Positions 22,930 through 35,718 of a DNA stretch of 64,000 nt are shown piece by piece (position 1 is the stretch's first letter; the number at the start of each line of letters is the position of its first letter). Origin of the DNA: Callorhinchus milii (Eukaryota); the NCBI RefSeq assembly GCF_018977255.1, contig NW_024704743.1, forward strand, positions 42,224,001-42,288,000. The letters are read 5' to 3'. Position numbers and translations under genes: made by a program. The notes below the pieces were generated by a model. It ran no database searches. It saw nothing but the letters and a program-made list of their open reading frames with translations, and was not told where the DNA came from.

Positions 22930-23301
22930 GGAGTCCAATAGTTTAGTGGTTAGAGCACTCATCTCACAAGTGAGAGGACCTTGTTTGGTTCCTGGGCAAG
23001 GCAAAATGTTGAGCAAGTTTCCTTTCTCCACACCGTCCATTAACTTGGCAGTATGTAGGAACCCAGTAGTTAGTTGATTGGCAGATCGCTTTTCCAGGAG
23101 TAATAATCCCTTAAAAANTAATAAAATGATAATTTGGTCATTCAATCCACAATTGCTTGTGGGACACTGCTAAACTCAATTGGCTGCTGCGCTTCATCCA
23201 CAAAATGCAAAGTCAATTCCCTTTGCAGTATATTCTGTGAAGCGCTTTGAGACGTCTTGAAGACGTGATAAGGCACTATATCAAATGCAAGCATTATTAT
23301 T
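22930..23301 (+). mobile_element. Full-length tRNA/Deu SINE (long subfamily)
   Basis: tRNA head, extra GTAGGAACCCAGTAGTTAGTTGATTGGCAGATCGCTTTTCC segment, Deu core and tail. Confidence 0.88.
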
Positions 23302-24527
23302 GTTTGAAGAATGGTATTATAATGTGTTTTAAAATCCATGCCACCTGCCCCCTCCCCACCACCACCACCACCATCATCACCCGTGATTTATGAATAAAGC
23401 CTGGGCTATAACCTTGAATGTCATCTTCACAGGGACTATTTTCAAGCACTAAAACATCCTTTACAAGCTTAATCAGGGTAACTATAACATCACTGGTGAC
23501 CATACAATAAAATTTACATTTATACAGCGCCTTTCATGTCAGAGGATGTCTCAAGGTGTCCTCGAACATATGATGATTATCGTATGGGTTCGCTTACAAA
23601 ACACAGTTACTATACTTTATAGTAAAACTTGTGAAGAGCTTTGAGATGTTCTTCTGACATAATAGACACTGTAATAATTTCAAGGATTATTATTATTACA
23701 CCGGATTTTTCACACCATCAAATTTATTTATGAAATTTTCCCATGATTTCTAAAGACTGGCTATGGAATGTGAACTCCCGATTTTGGCACAATGGTTATA
23801 CTTATTTTCCAAGATCTCTGGTGTTGTCATCTTCAATTCCTACTAAGAAATTGCAACACTGTTCTAACCATAGGCAAACTAGGCAGCTGCCGAAGGTGGC
23901 AAATTGTACTCTCAAAACAGTAGCTAAGGTTGGTGGGAAGTTCGGGAGGAAATAAAATCACCTCGGTTTGACTTGGAATTGGACCAGGTCACCATCAATA
24001 AGATCTCAGGATAAACGCACACAAATAAAGGAGTGGTGAAAGTGGCAACAAAGCAAATGTCAGGCAAGGCGCCATTGACACCACGACCAAGGTTTGTAAG
24101 GATGCGGCCATAGGCGGAGGAAGATTTTTACATGGGTGTGTTGGGGTAATCATACTTCTGGGAGATCAAGAGGGGTTAAGATGGAAAGGGGGCACGATGA
24201 TACTTTGCTTGAAGTGGCAGATTGTCTTTAGCGGTTCCTTATTGCAACTGATGTCCCTAACTCCAGAGACATTGTTTGAGTGCAGTTGTGCAGGAGTTAA
24301 GCCTTTTTCCATGAAACTGGATGAAAATTCAGTGATGGGAAACAATATTAACCACTGAAATATTTGTCTCCAACTATGGTGCCAAAGACAAAGTATTCAC
24401 AGTCCACAGTGTTTTGAAATCAATGGAGAAATGTGTGTTTTATCACATATTCTATAACATATTTGATAATTAATAATATGCAGTGAAACACTACATTTTC
24501 CATCTCAGTTCGATTCAGTGATAACTG

Positions 24528-24668
24528 CTGAAGACCTTTTTTTTCGACCGTGCCTATGGTCACCTTCCTCCCCTCCCCCTGGCTCGGTCTCGGGATCCGT
24601 TACTGTAAAGCTCTCTGAGACGCCGTCCGGCGTGGAGGGTGCAATATAAATCCAAGTTGTTGTTGTTT
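24528..24668 (+). mobile_element. L2 3' end (tail variant ACGCC-GTCC-GGCGT)
   Basis: CTGAAGACCTTTTTTTCGACCGTGCC (LKTF..DRA), then CTCTGAGACGCCGTCCGGCGTGGAGGG..(TTG)n; same tail at 38588, 42372 and 47535(-). Confidence 0.8.
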
Positions 24669-26104
24669 TGAATCAATCTTCCAAAGAATGGTTACCATTT
24701 CCTCAAACTTTTATTGCTCAAAAATTCAAGCAGTTCAGCCAATTTCTAACCCATAGCAATGGCCTGTGTGTCGTCTAAGCAGGTTGAATGAGAATTAATA
24801 GAAGTTAATTGTGAGATATTGTTGTATGGATATTGACTGCTGTGTTCTCCTACAAAATGAAGTATCACTATGCTTTGACGTGAATTCTGTGAAACATTTT
24901 GAGATGTTCTCCCAACATGAATGCAAGGTTTATTGTTATCAATATTAATATTATTAATAATAATTATAATAAGTTTCTTAAAGAAGCTGACTTTAAAACA
25001 CTACTGTGTAATAGCAGGATTCACTTGAAGAATCCTGAAGAAGAAAGGTGCAAACTATAAACAGGGTTCAGTTGCTGAGGCTCTTGGTTTTGAAAGGTTG
25101 AGTCCGAATACTCGGCATTCCAGTGATTTCAGTGTGAACTTCAATAAGCTGAGTCAATCGAACAAACAAAAGAAACGGCTGTTGAGTCTTAGGTACACAT
25201 TCCTGTGTTTATTGTTTACAGTGTCATCAATTAGAGTAATGAAACTTAATTCATTGTTTTACAGAAGGCAGTCTAATAGAAAGTGATGAGAGAGGGCAAC
25301 TTTTACATTCCATTAGTGGGTGACCTATAAAATCCTGGTGATCAGGCAGTGCTGAGAATGACCATTAATTTACGCTAAAAGCTCACATTTTTTGGAATGA
25401 GCTCAGCTGCCACAGCTCAGTAACTATGTCACTATTGGTCTGCTAATGATCATAAGGAAGGTTACCATACATTTAATACTGCAGTTAGAAAATCTGGAGC
25501 TGATTCAACCACAAATCAAGCATTTATCCTTTTACTTCCACCAGAAATATTTTTGTATTGATTTTAACATTCTCAGAAGCCTGTATATTGTCACATGATA
25601 CATCTATATATGATTACTAGCATGCCAACCTTCATATATACAGATCCGTACCATTATATGCATTCCCATGCAGAAACATACATTTACGCACAATTCTACT
25701 TAATCGACTTGTCTAGTTCTGAAATAATGGTGGTGGAAAATGCTGATTGTGATGTGATAATTTTCACAAGGAGAGAAACTGTAGTTTAATGGTGTCATTA
25801 AACCTATCCTAACATATATGGTACTGAACTTCCTCTTCCACCCCCTTCCCAACTGCTTTGTGGCAATGGTTTCATCCAGCCCTGCTGAAGATTCAATATC
25901 AGCAATATTTTTAGTGAGCAAAGATATCCACCATTTTTTCCAGTCATAGGAGAAGCGATTCAACATTGATTTACCAGTTGTTGTCTTACTCCTACGGTTA
26001 CACTGCTGTGCGCAAATGGTTGCCACATTTTGCCCACAAAATATACAGTCAATTCACTTTAAACTATATTCTGTGAAGCACTTTGAGACATCTCAAAGAT
26101 GCGA

Positions 26105-26434
26105 AAATAATAATAATAAATAATAATAATAATCCTTGCATTTGATATAGCGCTTTTCACGTCAGGAGGACGTCCCAAAGCGCTTCACAGAACACACTGT
26201 AAAGTGAATTGACTGTATATTTGTGGGCGAACGCGGCAGCCAATTGCGCACAGCAATGTCCCACAAACAGTCGTAGATTGAAAATGACCAATTTATTATT
26301 GTTTTTGGATTTGGAGGGATTATTATTAGGCGTGTGGAGTAAGGAAACTTGCCCAAGGTTTCGCCCTGTCTGGAATTGAACTCAGGTCTCTCGCTTGCAA
26401 AGCGAGTGCTCTAACCACTGAGCTACAGGACTCC
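26105..26434 (-). mobile_element. Full-length young tRNA/Deu SINE inside an older + strand SINE tail (about 26000-26480)
   Basis: Near identical to 47131-47445; host tail continues on both sides. Confidence 0.93.
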
Positions 26435-27589
26435 AATATGAAAAGGCAATATATCAAATGCAAGGATTATTATTATTATTACAATTTGAAATTAGCCCAG
26501 AGTAAATGTTTTAAAGATCTTGATGAAATAACTAAGATAAAATAAGACATGTTCAATACTGAGCGGGCTGGAGGGAGAAACCGTAATTCAGATGTTGGTG
26601 GGGGTGGAGGGAGTTCTGTCTCAAAGATTTATGTATGAAAAACAGTATATCCATGAAAGCTGCTCTATCAAATGCAAGGATTATTATTAATAATATAACT
26701 TATTAAGGACAGGATAGAAAGCAATGACAATTTCTGTGCTTGTGAAAATCATTATATCATTCCCCCTTTCCCCCCTCCATTATGTATCTGAATTTACTGC
26801 AGTGATACACTGTCCAGGACTTTCACTGGAAAGGTTACTACCTGGAATTCCCCATGCCCACAAAGTGCCAATTTCACCCATACATTCTGGATATCACCTG
26901 GCCAGGGTCTGCCTCACAAGGGGGGCTTTGGAAAAGTTCTATGGATCACTCCTGAGACACAGTGACACACCAACCACTGGGAGAAACCCAGGGACAGATC
27001 TACTCCCCAAGTTCTTGCTAAGATATGGTGTGCAGTGCATGGACACCAAGATTAGCAAATTAAAATATAAGTACACTCAGTTTTTAGAATTATTTTAAAA
27101 ACATTTCAGATAGAGCAAGTGTCACAGTTTGAACAGTAAATAAATACACATAACTTGGAATCGATCCTAAGCCTGACACTATGAAATAATGAAATATCAA
27201 TATTTACATTAGCAGAGATAACGTCAGTAATTCAGAAGAACATAATTTGCCTGTACTATTAGATTCAGTAACTCCTTAACCCAGTTCTCCTGACTGTGCC
27301 ATTACTGCTCAGTGTGTCTTTTAGCCAGCTGGGTGTCTAACACATGCAGATATCCATCACCATTCTTAAGAGTATCCAAACCAAACTGAGAGGTCATTGC
27401 ATCCCAACTACGTATGTATATTCCCCAAGATTTTCATTGGAATAGAACATGCATTCTCTCCTTGGAGGGATGCACCCTGCTTACCTAATTCCAGAAAGTA
27501 TTAGGCACAGGTTAAGCAATCAATAAGTAGAAAACATCGAAGAGGCATTAAAGTATGGGAGAATTCTAGTGCAACAGACTAAGATTGTA

Positions 27590-27965
27590 TTTTTTCCTTC
27601 TCTTCCTCTCTGCAGGGCACTGATTCATTCTAGGATACAGTTCTACAGACGCCATCTGCCTTCTGGTACTTCGCTCAAGTGACCATTCTTCATGTCGAGC
27701 ACAGAAAATAAGCGCTAAGTAAGTAGCGAATCATGGAGCTCACCGCAGTTAATGTGATTCGGTCCTCCTCATCAGACATCTGTACAGGCACATTCTCAAA
27801 CAAGGCTCCTGGATAGCAACCAAAACTGAGATCCTTGGCTGCATTTTCATCTCCTGCGCCCAGGAGTGTTAAGTCCAATTATAGTGTAGGTTCCTGATGT
27901 CCCGATCGAGATTACCTAACTTAGCAAAGACTGAAGAGTGAACCTGGAACTTTCCTGATCTGTGT
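27590..27965 (-). repeat. Unnamed SINE-like repeat (family of 9620-9915)
   Basis: Reverse-complement similarity to 9620-9915, plus a tRNA-like head remnant GAACCTGGAACTTTCCTGATCTGTG. Confidence 0.6.
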
Positions 27966-28404
27966 ATCATCATTACACACTTTGCAGTGGCTTTAAAAAA
28001 AAATACTTGCATTTTTATTGTGCCTTATCACTATCATGCAATACTTCTCAAAATCCTTTAGAGAATTGTTTTAGTGACTGTTTATGCAGCCTATCACAGC
28101 CCTAATTTAATCACATCAAGGTCATGCAAACAGCAATCTTTATCATCTGAACCATCTATGAACTGGGGGTGGAAACCAGAGAATTAATTTTCAATCCAGA
28201 AAATCGATAACACAACTCCCTCTTTCAGTAATCTTTGTATTTATAAGCAACTGAGTATAAAATGGCTATAGTAAGGTGAACATACACATGATCAAGACTG
28301 AAAGATCTATAAGCAATTGAAGTAAAGGTCAGATACTGAGCTGCATGACATCAGAATCTGAATAATTAATAAGTACATATCCACTAGGAGATAAACACCA
28401 AGGG

Positions 28405-28716
28405 ATGAAACGTTAGGCAAGTTTCTTTACTCCACAAGCCTCTGTTTACCTAAGTAAGTAAATAGGACCCTGGTTGTTAGTTGATTAGTGGATCACTTTT
28501 CTGAGGGTAATAATCCCTTCAAAAACAAATAAATAATAATAATAATTTGGCCACTCAATCCAAGACTGTTTGTGGGACACTGCTGTGCACAATTGGCTGC
28601 CGCATTTCGCCCACAAAATATGCAGTCCATTCACTTTACAATATATTCTATGAAGCGATTTGAGACCCCGTGAAGACATCATAAGGCGCTGTATCAAATG
28701 TAAGGATTATTGTTAT
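28405..28716 (+). mobile_element. 5'-truncated long-subfamily SINE
   Basis: GGCAAGTTTCTTTACTCCACAAGCCTCTGTTTACCTAAG.., Deu core and tail. Confidence 0.85.
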
Positions 28717-29256
28717 TACAATATTTTAACAAGTATGTTGTTGTCACTGTGGTTCAGAATTACACTGATTTGTGTGACAGTACAAAAGAGTGTTGTGCAC
28801 CTTGCTGAATATCACGCCCAAATCTGGCATGGCTCTAATGTTTATTTTGCTCTCAGAGTTGTCAAATTCAGTAGCTGCATGTCTTTCTGAGTGTTAGCAA
28901 GCTGGAGAATCTCTTTTGGTTATAGATAATATTGTGTGCCTTTTTTCAAAGATCTCACGGAAGGTCTGTCACAAGGATGACTTGCACTCATAATGATTTG
29001 AACACATCTGCAGCACACAAGATTTGCCTCATTACTGACGTTCTTTTTACACCACCAGATGCAATGACACATTGCTTGCAGTTTTAGACCACTGAGAGCG
29101 AGTGGACAGCGTTTGCCTGGTCCGATCACACCATTCGCTGATTAATTGATTCAGTGGGCGTGCAGGCTTTGAGCAAAAATGACGTCAGCAAATCGAAGTG
29201 ATAATGCATGGATCTGCCTCGGGTGTACAGAATTCCTTCCCCAAACTGAAAACCAG

Positions 29257-29330
29257 TTTTCCAAAAGGTCAGGCATAAAGGATGCCTTGGTTTCAAAACC
29301 TTTATCCTTTATGCCTGACCTTTTGCAAAA
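29257..29330. repeat. Inverted repeat/hairpin: 27-bp arms (22 bp perfect), 20-nt loop
   Basis: TTTTCCAAAAGGTCAGGCATAAAGGAT ... ATCCTTTATGCCTGACCTTTTGCAAAA. Confidence 0.9.
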
Positions 29331-29634
29331 AGTTATTGTAAATAAAACAAATTGACTTTCTGTGGTTTTCCAGCATCTTCTGTTATTTTTAATTTCAAAT
29401 ATTCAGTATTCACAGTTTCTCCATTTAACTCTGCTAAATGAAAATGTCACTTTGATTTCCAAATTAATACAACACTGTAACTATATTTGGCCATGAGTGA
29501 CGAGAGCAAAATGACTGGAATATTGCAGCTTAATTCTCGCAGCTGAAAAAATGATTGCAATAACACATTAGGGTGACACGGAGCTCTGCACCACCGTTTA
29601 CCTCGAGAGTAGTAATTCTGTGGGTCACAGGGAA

Positions 29635-30045
29635 CCAGGGTATCAATCTGACTCAATTAGTAGCATTCTCACTATCACCTGAGTCAGGCTGACAGATTAG
29701 ATGATTGTGGGTTTAAACCCTTTGTTGGGACTTTGCATTCACATTCAAGACTGATTCTCCAATGCACTGCTGGGGAGCAGTGAATTGTCAGCACTGCTGT
29801 TTTGCACTACTCGAAAAAAAAGGGAGTTTTTTCCTGTATCGTAGCCAACAATCCTACAAGTAACATTTATTATTCACTTCATGGTTGTTTGTGGAACACT
29901 CTTATGGGAAAATTGGCTGCCATTTTCACCCACAAAATAAACTGTCATTATACTCTACAATTAAAATGCTGCAAAGCACTCTGAGACGTTTTGACAATAT
30001 GTAAAGACGCTATAACAAATGTAAGGATTATAGTTATTATTATTA
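29635..30045 (+). mobile_element. Old SacSinE1-like SINE, decayed
   Basis: Head GTTGTGGGTTTAAACCC-like, Deu core AAATTGGCTGCC, tail with (TTA)n. Confidence 0.7.
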
Positions 30046-33002
30046 TATTATATGTAAGAATAAATCAATAAAGAGGTTCACACACTCTGAATTGTTCAAA
30101 AAAAATTAGCATATGTAGGTTAACTTAAAGTTCAGTGGTGGCAAATTAAGCATAAATATTGCTCAAAATTGTGTATACAAATATCAGCTGAGATTTCTGT
30201 AACAGTAACACATTGGAAATGTAGACATGTAATTAATGCATTTTTGCACATTTCTTTAGTGACAAGTGTTATTGGGTGCACTTAAGCCCAGTTTCCGGAA
30301 TGCTGCCTAGCTTAACTTTAAAAAATGAATAAAATTTATATGACACCAACGGGCTCTGAAATGTATTTATCTGCAGGAGCGTAGGTTTAATGGTGCAAGG
30401 CACTGACTCAGTGACTCGTGCAAGTGACTTTAAGAAATCAACAAGATAGATTTTCATGAAGTCAAGCGGTGGTCACTGCAAGTGGAACATCTGATGATAT
30501 GATAATTGTCACCGGTTATAATTGACATTGAATGTTGCAATTTTTAACCGCATTGTCCCTGATGTGCTCAGAGCCGCTGTGATCACAATCCATTAAGATA
30601 ACAAACAGCCTTTTTGCAAAGGTCTCAGAACATATCATCTTCAAGTTAGGCTATAATGTTTGTTGATACTCAACTAATGTCTGTGCACTTCACAACCTAG
30701 CTCTACCAAACTAGATATTTATATGTAACCTTGGAGGCAAAGGTAAATCTATTGGTTAGAGCCAGTAACTTTCATTTCAGTGCCTTTATAATGGGATGAC
30801 TCATGAGAATACCCTGAAGGGAAATACTCACTCGGCCCTATTTGAATCTCCACTTCAGAACTGCTTAAAGACATTGTAAAAATGTGGGTGTCTGACCACT
30901 TTCATCACTGTGATGTCCTCACATCTGTCCAGTACAAGTAGAATAACTAGCTATTGTTGACAAATTGTCTCCAAGATTCAGTTCTTGAATCAGTGAAGTG
31001 TAGAGGACAGGAGCCTGTTTGTCTGGCTGGAATCACTTTGTTTTTGATTGCTCATACAGGTCAAGGATCATTTCATTCTATCTATCAATGTGGGATGAAT
31101 AAAAGCAAAGAGGTTAACCCACAAAGGGCTAGATTTTCATTACTCCACACCCTGGCTTGCCTGTGCCCATTCAGCACAAGCAGACACCCACACACAGCTG
31201 GACCCACATTTTCATCTAGCCTTATCCTGAAAGATCAGATTGCCCTAAAATTTAAGACCATGCACAGTTGTGGAAAACTGAGAAAATGAATCTTAATTTG
31301 GTAAATGTTTCTCTGCATTTCTTAAAAAGCATTTATTAAATCCACAATTCTGAGCAACCTTGAATTTTAAGACAAAATTGTCTATAGGCTATGATTAGAT
31401 GGAATTTGGGGCCTTATACATGTGGCATTTGCAATTTGCTTTCTGTATACAGAAATGTCTGTTCCAACATTAATGTATTGTAATACATTTATTGTTAAGC
31501 AAACCTTCATCCAAACAGTGAAACATTTCCCAAATGAAATATGCAATATTCAGAAAGCAAGTGCTTGTTAAGCATTACAAAAGGTACGCAACATGGTATG
31601 ATTGGGTAATGTGTCTCACATGTAATTCCATTTCCAAATGCACAATCGCAGCATAGTATAAAAATGCTTGCAAAGTAAATTAGTTAGTCTCATATCCCAT
31701 ATGTCCATGCAGCAAGACCTAAAAATGCCGATTTGGACGGCATGAATTGCAAAGACAATAAAGATGAGGAGCATTGAAGACTGAACTCATACTAAGGTGA
31801 TATTAGTTGTGTCACCAGTGTGACCATTGGCAAAAAACACCCATGACACAAATCAGTGTTTTCTGCAGGGAATGTCCTATTTCACAAAATTCCTTATGAA
31901 ATTCCTTAAAAATTATATTTAAATAGTTGAATTGTATTAGTCAACAAGATTCTTCAGGGATTCCTGATCCATGACTTCATCTCCTTGAGAACATTTCCTT
32001 ATAAAGTAATCCCTTTAGAAATGTTTTGCAAACTTTCCATTGATTTTTGCTGTGGCTTTTACATTCCCCAATGTTTCCTGCACAGACTAGATTTGATTCT
32101 GTCTCTATAGAGAGGTTCTGCTGTATCGCTGCTCAACTAGTCTGGCAGATATCTCTTCATCAATACATGAATTCCTATCACAATTAATATTCCTATATCG
32201 CCACAAAATATACAATACAATTCACTTTACAATATATGCTGTCAAGCGCATTGAGACGTCTCAATGATGTGGTAAAGCACTATATCAAATGCAAGGATGA
32301 TTATTATTATTAATACAGTATATAAAGCATTATCTCCGGCTTTATCACCACACATTGAACTACGAGATTCAGTCTCCACTTCTCTCTTCCAAAACACAAG
32401 GAAAACATAAAATTGATGAACATTCGAAAAAGCCACAGCTCACATTACAATTTGTGATGGAATAATAGTCTACAAAATGTTGTTATTCTTTGTATTGTGC
32501 CTATCATTTTCCCTATTTGTAGTTCAATTGCAGTTGAAGTAAAACATCAGAAAATAATGGAACAGTGATAGGAAGTTTATAAACAGAAACTCACATGAAA
32601 ATTAAATATAAATACGCTACATCCACATTAACACAGTTTTGTTTATGTGTTTACAGCATGATTGGGGTGTGGATCTGATATTTACTTACCAAAAAATATA
32701 AAATACGGACAGAAAGCCAATCTGCTTGCTCAAAAAATACCATATGTCTAACCTAATGCTCTGAGACATTTTGGTTTCCTTCACCCTAACACTGCATCAC
32801 CGTTTTCGTCATTTTTTGTGGACTGTTGTTTAGGATGGCAAGCCAAGCAACGTGCTGGAGGCACAGTGAATTCAGGAACATTGACTGGTGATTGCACTCA
32901 GTTATAACACTGGTTGGGACTCTGTGACCCCAATTACCATGTTACAATGGGGCTCTACTGTATTTTTTGAATATCGTACTGAAATATTAAATTGGGAAAA
33001 AA

Positions 33003-33047
33003 AAACTTTGTAAAACAAACTTTGTAAAACAAACTTTGTAAAACAAA
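33003..33047. repeat. Tandem repeat, 3 x 14 bp AAACTTTGTAAAAC
   Basis: Three perfect units directly visible. Confidence 0.95.
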
Positions 33048-35419
33048 CAAGCCAAAGATTATTGTCTCCAAAATCCAAAGCTCCACTTTAGGGAACAATA
33101 ACCAGCCAGCAAATTGAGACTGAGTGTGGGAAATAGCTCAAAGTGAATGGAGACTAAAGTAGGGTATGAAAAGACATTATGCTCTTTCCTGCAGTAGCAA
33201 AGAGTAAATGCCATTTTCACATGTCCATATAATGACTCTATCCATAAATGCTTTGTCGCACATGATTGAAAAGACGTTCACACCTCACAAACCACATTGA
33301 CTGGTTAACCATCAACACTATCTCAGAATACTGGTTTGCCAGATGTGTCTTCTTAGACCTAATAATATTCCAGATAAACTCCACTTACCTTTCCTATTTT
33401 GCTTGTTCATGTTGCTTATATTATCTACCTTGAAGGCATAGTTTAACAAGCAGATCAGCAGTGAAGAGAAACACACAACTTTCAAACGTCAGAAAACAGA
33501 ACAACACAATGAGGAGATGATTCCTCACTTTATATATTTACCAAACTAGGGTGTCATGTACTTTTTATAGTATTTTCTCTATTATAATCACATACCACAA
33601 GATTGATAAATGTACCAATGAGCAGTGAATCATCCCCTAAATGTCTCAAGGCATCCTGGATAGGAAGGAGTCCCTCAAAGTGATTTTCATTATCATATAG
33701 ATCTGCCAGAACCTTGTATCACAAGGTATTTCAGTATGAAATATATAAATTTGAATCTGCAAGAATTTGCAGCTCAGAATCTTTATGTATCCCTAGCCTC
33801 ACGATCTCAACATATCTAGTTATCTAAGAAAAAGCTGAGGCAGAAATACAAAGCAGGTCGGATTTACAATAAAAAATACAAGATGCAAATAGTGTGTGAC
33901 ATCCCAAATCTTTGAAAATCAACATATGATTTCTGTCGCTTCCAATTTCCCTTCCTTATTTATTTCATCGTTCTCCAAGTTCTTTTTAATAATCCCAATA
34001 CCGTCCAAATGGATTCATTCAAGCATCTTTGCAAATCAGGGAACTCCACGTAATGTGTGCAAATAATTTTCTACAACTTAATATACATCTAGTCCTCTGA
34101 GATGCAACCCTATGTGAAGGGCACTATATAAATGCAAGTTGTTGTTTTTAGGTGGTAAATTTAGGGAGTGGGTGAGTGGTGAATTCCACCGTACCAGTCG
34201 TATCTTTCTGAAATTTAACAAGTACGGCTCAGATAACCTACTACTGAATTCTAATACAAACCAGATTTGTTCAATTGGCAAGACTTGCTGAAGCAGAATT
34301 TCAGGTCATTTAGACCCTAAAGCTTTTTGACCCAACCATCCAAGTCAAAGCTGGAGCCATGTATCACAGCCCTAATTGTGATGTGTGTCTTCTGCTGAAA
34401 TGATTGAGGTGCAATTTTGTTTTGCTTTTCAATCTCAAACTGAAACAAGGTACATTGTTTATACATTGAATGGAGTTGATCCCAACAGACACAAAAAAAT
34501 CAGCCGCTAAACCAGTTTCATTCGTCGATTTGGTAAAGTTCCATTGCTAAATTTCAATGGGACTAAGGACGGTATCAAATAGCTTTTTGAGATAAATCAT
34601 TTTAAAATCCTAAATCTAAATACAAATTTATGGCAGCTAAGACTGAACTAGTCAATTACAGAAGACTAAGACTGAATTATTTTTGCAAACATTTCCCATT
34701 CATATGCACCTGGGTGTCTATTGCAAAGCTGCATTAAATAATGCAAACTTGAACAGCTCTGTTGACTGAATTAATGATGTTCACCTAACAGCTCGGCAAG
34801 CACCAAAATAAGCAGGGAGATAGCAAATTCTTCTAAAAAAAATCAATTACAAGGCCACAGACAGGATAATGAAATGAATCCTGCAATGTGAAAATTCAAG
34901 ATGACAATGTAGATCAGTCGTGTGATTTAAACTGATGTTATACGTGTAAAATGTGCAGAAATTTCTTATTAATAATCCAGATATTATCTATATTTTAGTC
35001 AGTTTCTACTCCAACAGCAATGATCTGCCCTTATATTAGCTGGGTTTATAAGTAGAATAGTGATCCTGGGGAGTGAGAATCCAAGGTTCAGTTAAGTTCC
35101 CAGTCAAAGCACTGGAAGAATGTAATTGGTCCGGAAACCTCAGTCTTTCCTCCTTCCCTTAAAAAGGTTTACAGTCTGAGAAGAATTGCAGGATCAGCAG
35201 ATATGCAAATTGTAATAATAATCCTTGCATTTAATATAGTGCATATAAAGCCTAATGTGTTAAAGTGCTGCAGAGAATTTTAGTAAAATTTAATGACTAT
35301 TTCGCAGGCAAAAGTGGAAGGCAATTTGTTTGAAGAATAATTACTCAAAAGATAATTAACAACTGCAATAGGTTACCAGGAAAGATGATTGAGACTTGGA
35401 CACAGGATTCATTTAAAAA

Positions 35420-35718
35420 TGTTGTTGTATATTTGATTTAACGCCTTTTATATTGGGAGGACATCTGAAAGCGTTTCACAGGATAGATTGCAAAATCTAT
35501 TTCTTGTGCATTTTGTAGGCAAATACAGCAACATCAATGTCAGCACAGATCAATGTCTAACAAACCACTATGAAATGAATGATCCATTTTACTTATGGGG
35601 CTGTTAGCCAGGACACAGGGAAACATTCCCTTCACTTTTCCTACAGTGCCATAGGACCTTTAACGTCCGCATAAACAGACAGACAAGACCTTGGTTTAAC
35701 ATCTCATTAGAAGGATGG
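35420..35718 (-). mobile_element. Old SacSINE1-like SINE 3' part
   Basis: Tail, then AGTGCCATAGGACCTTTAACGTCC..TTGGTTTAACATCTCATT. Confidence 0.65.

Noticed and set aside
23780..24330. GC-balanced, coding-looking stretch
   Set aside because: The frames I translated contain stops and no recognisable motif; BLASTX would be needed.
33003..33047. Short direct repeats as a CRISPR-like array
   Set aside because: Head-to-tail 14-mers with no spacers, in vertebrate DNA with no cas genes; a simple minisatellite.
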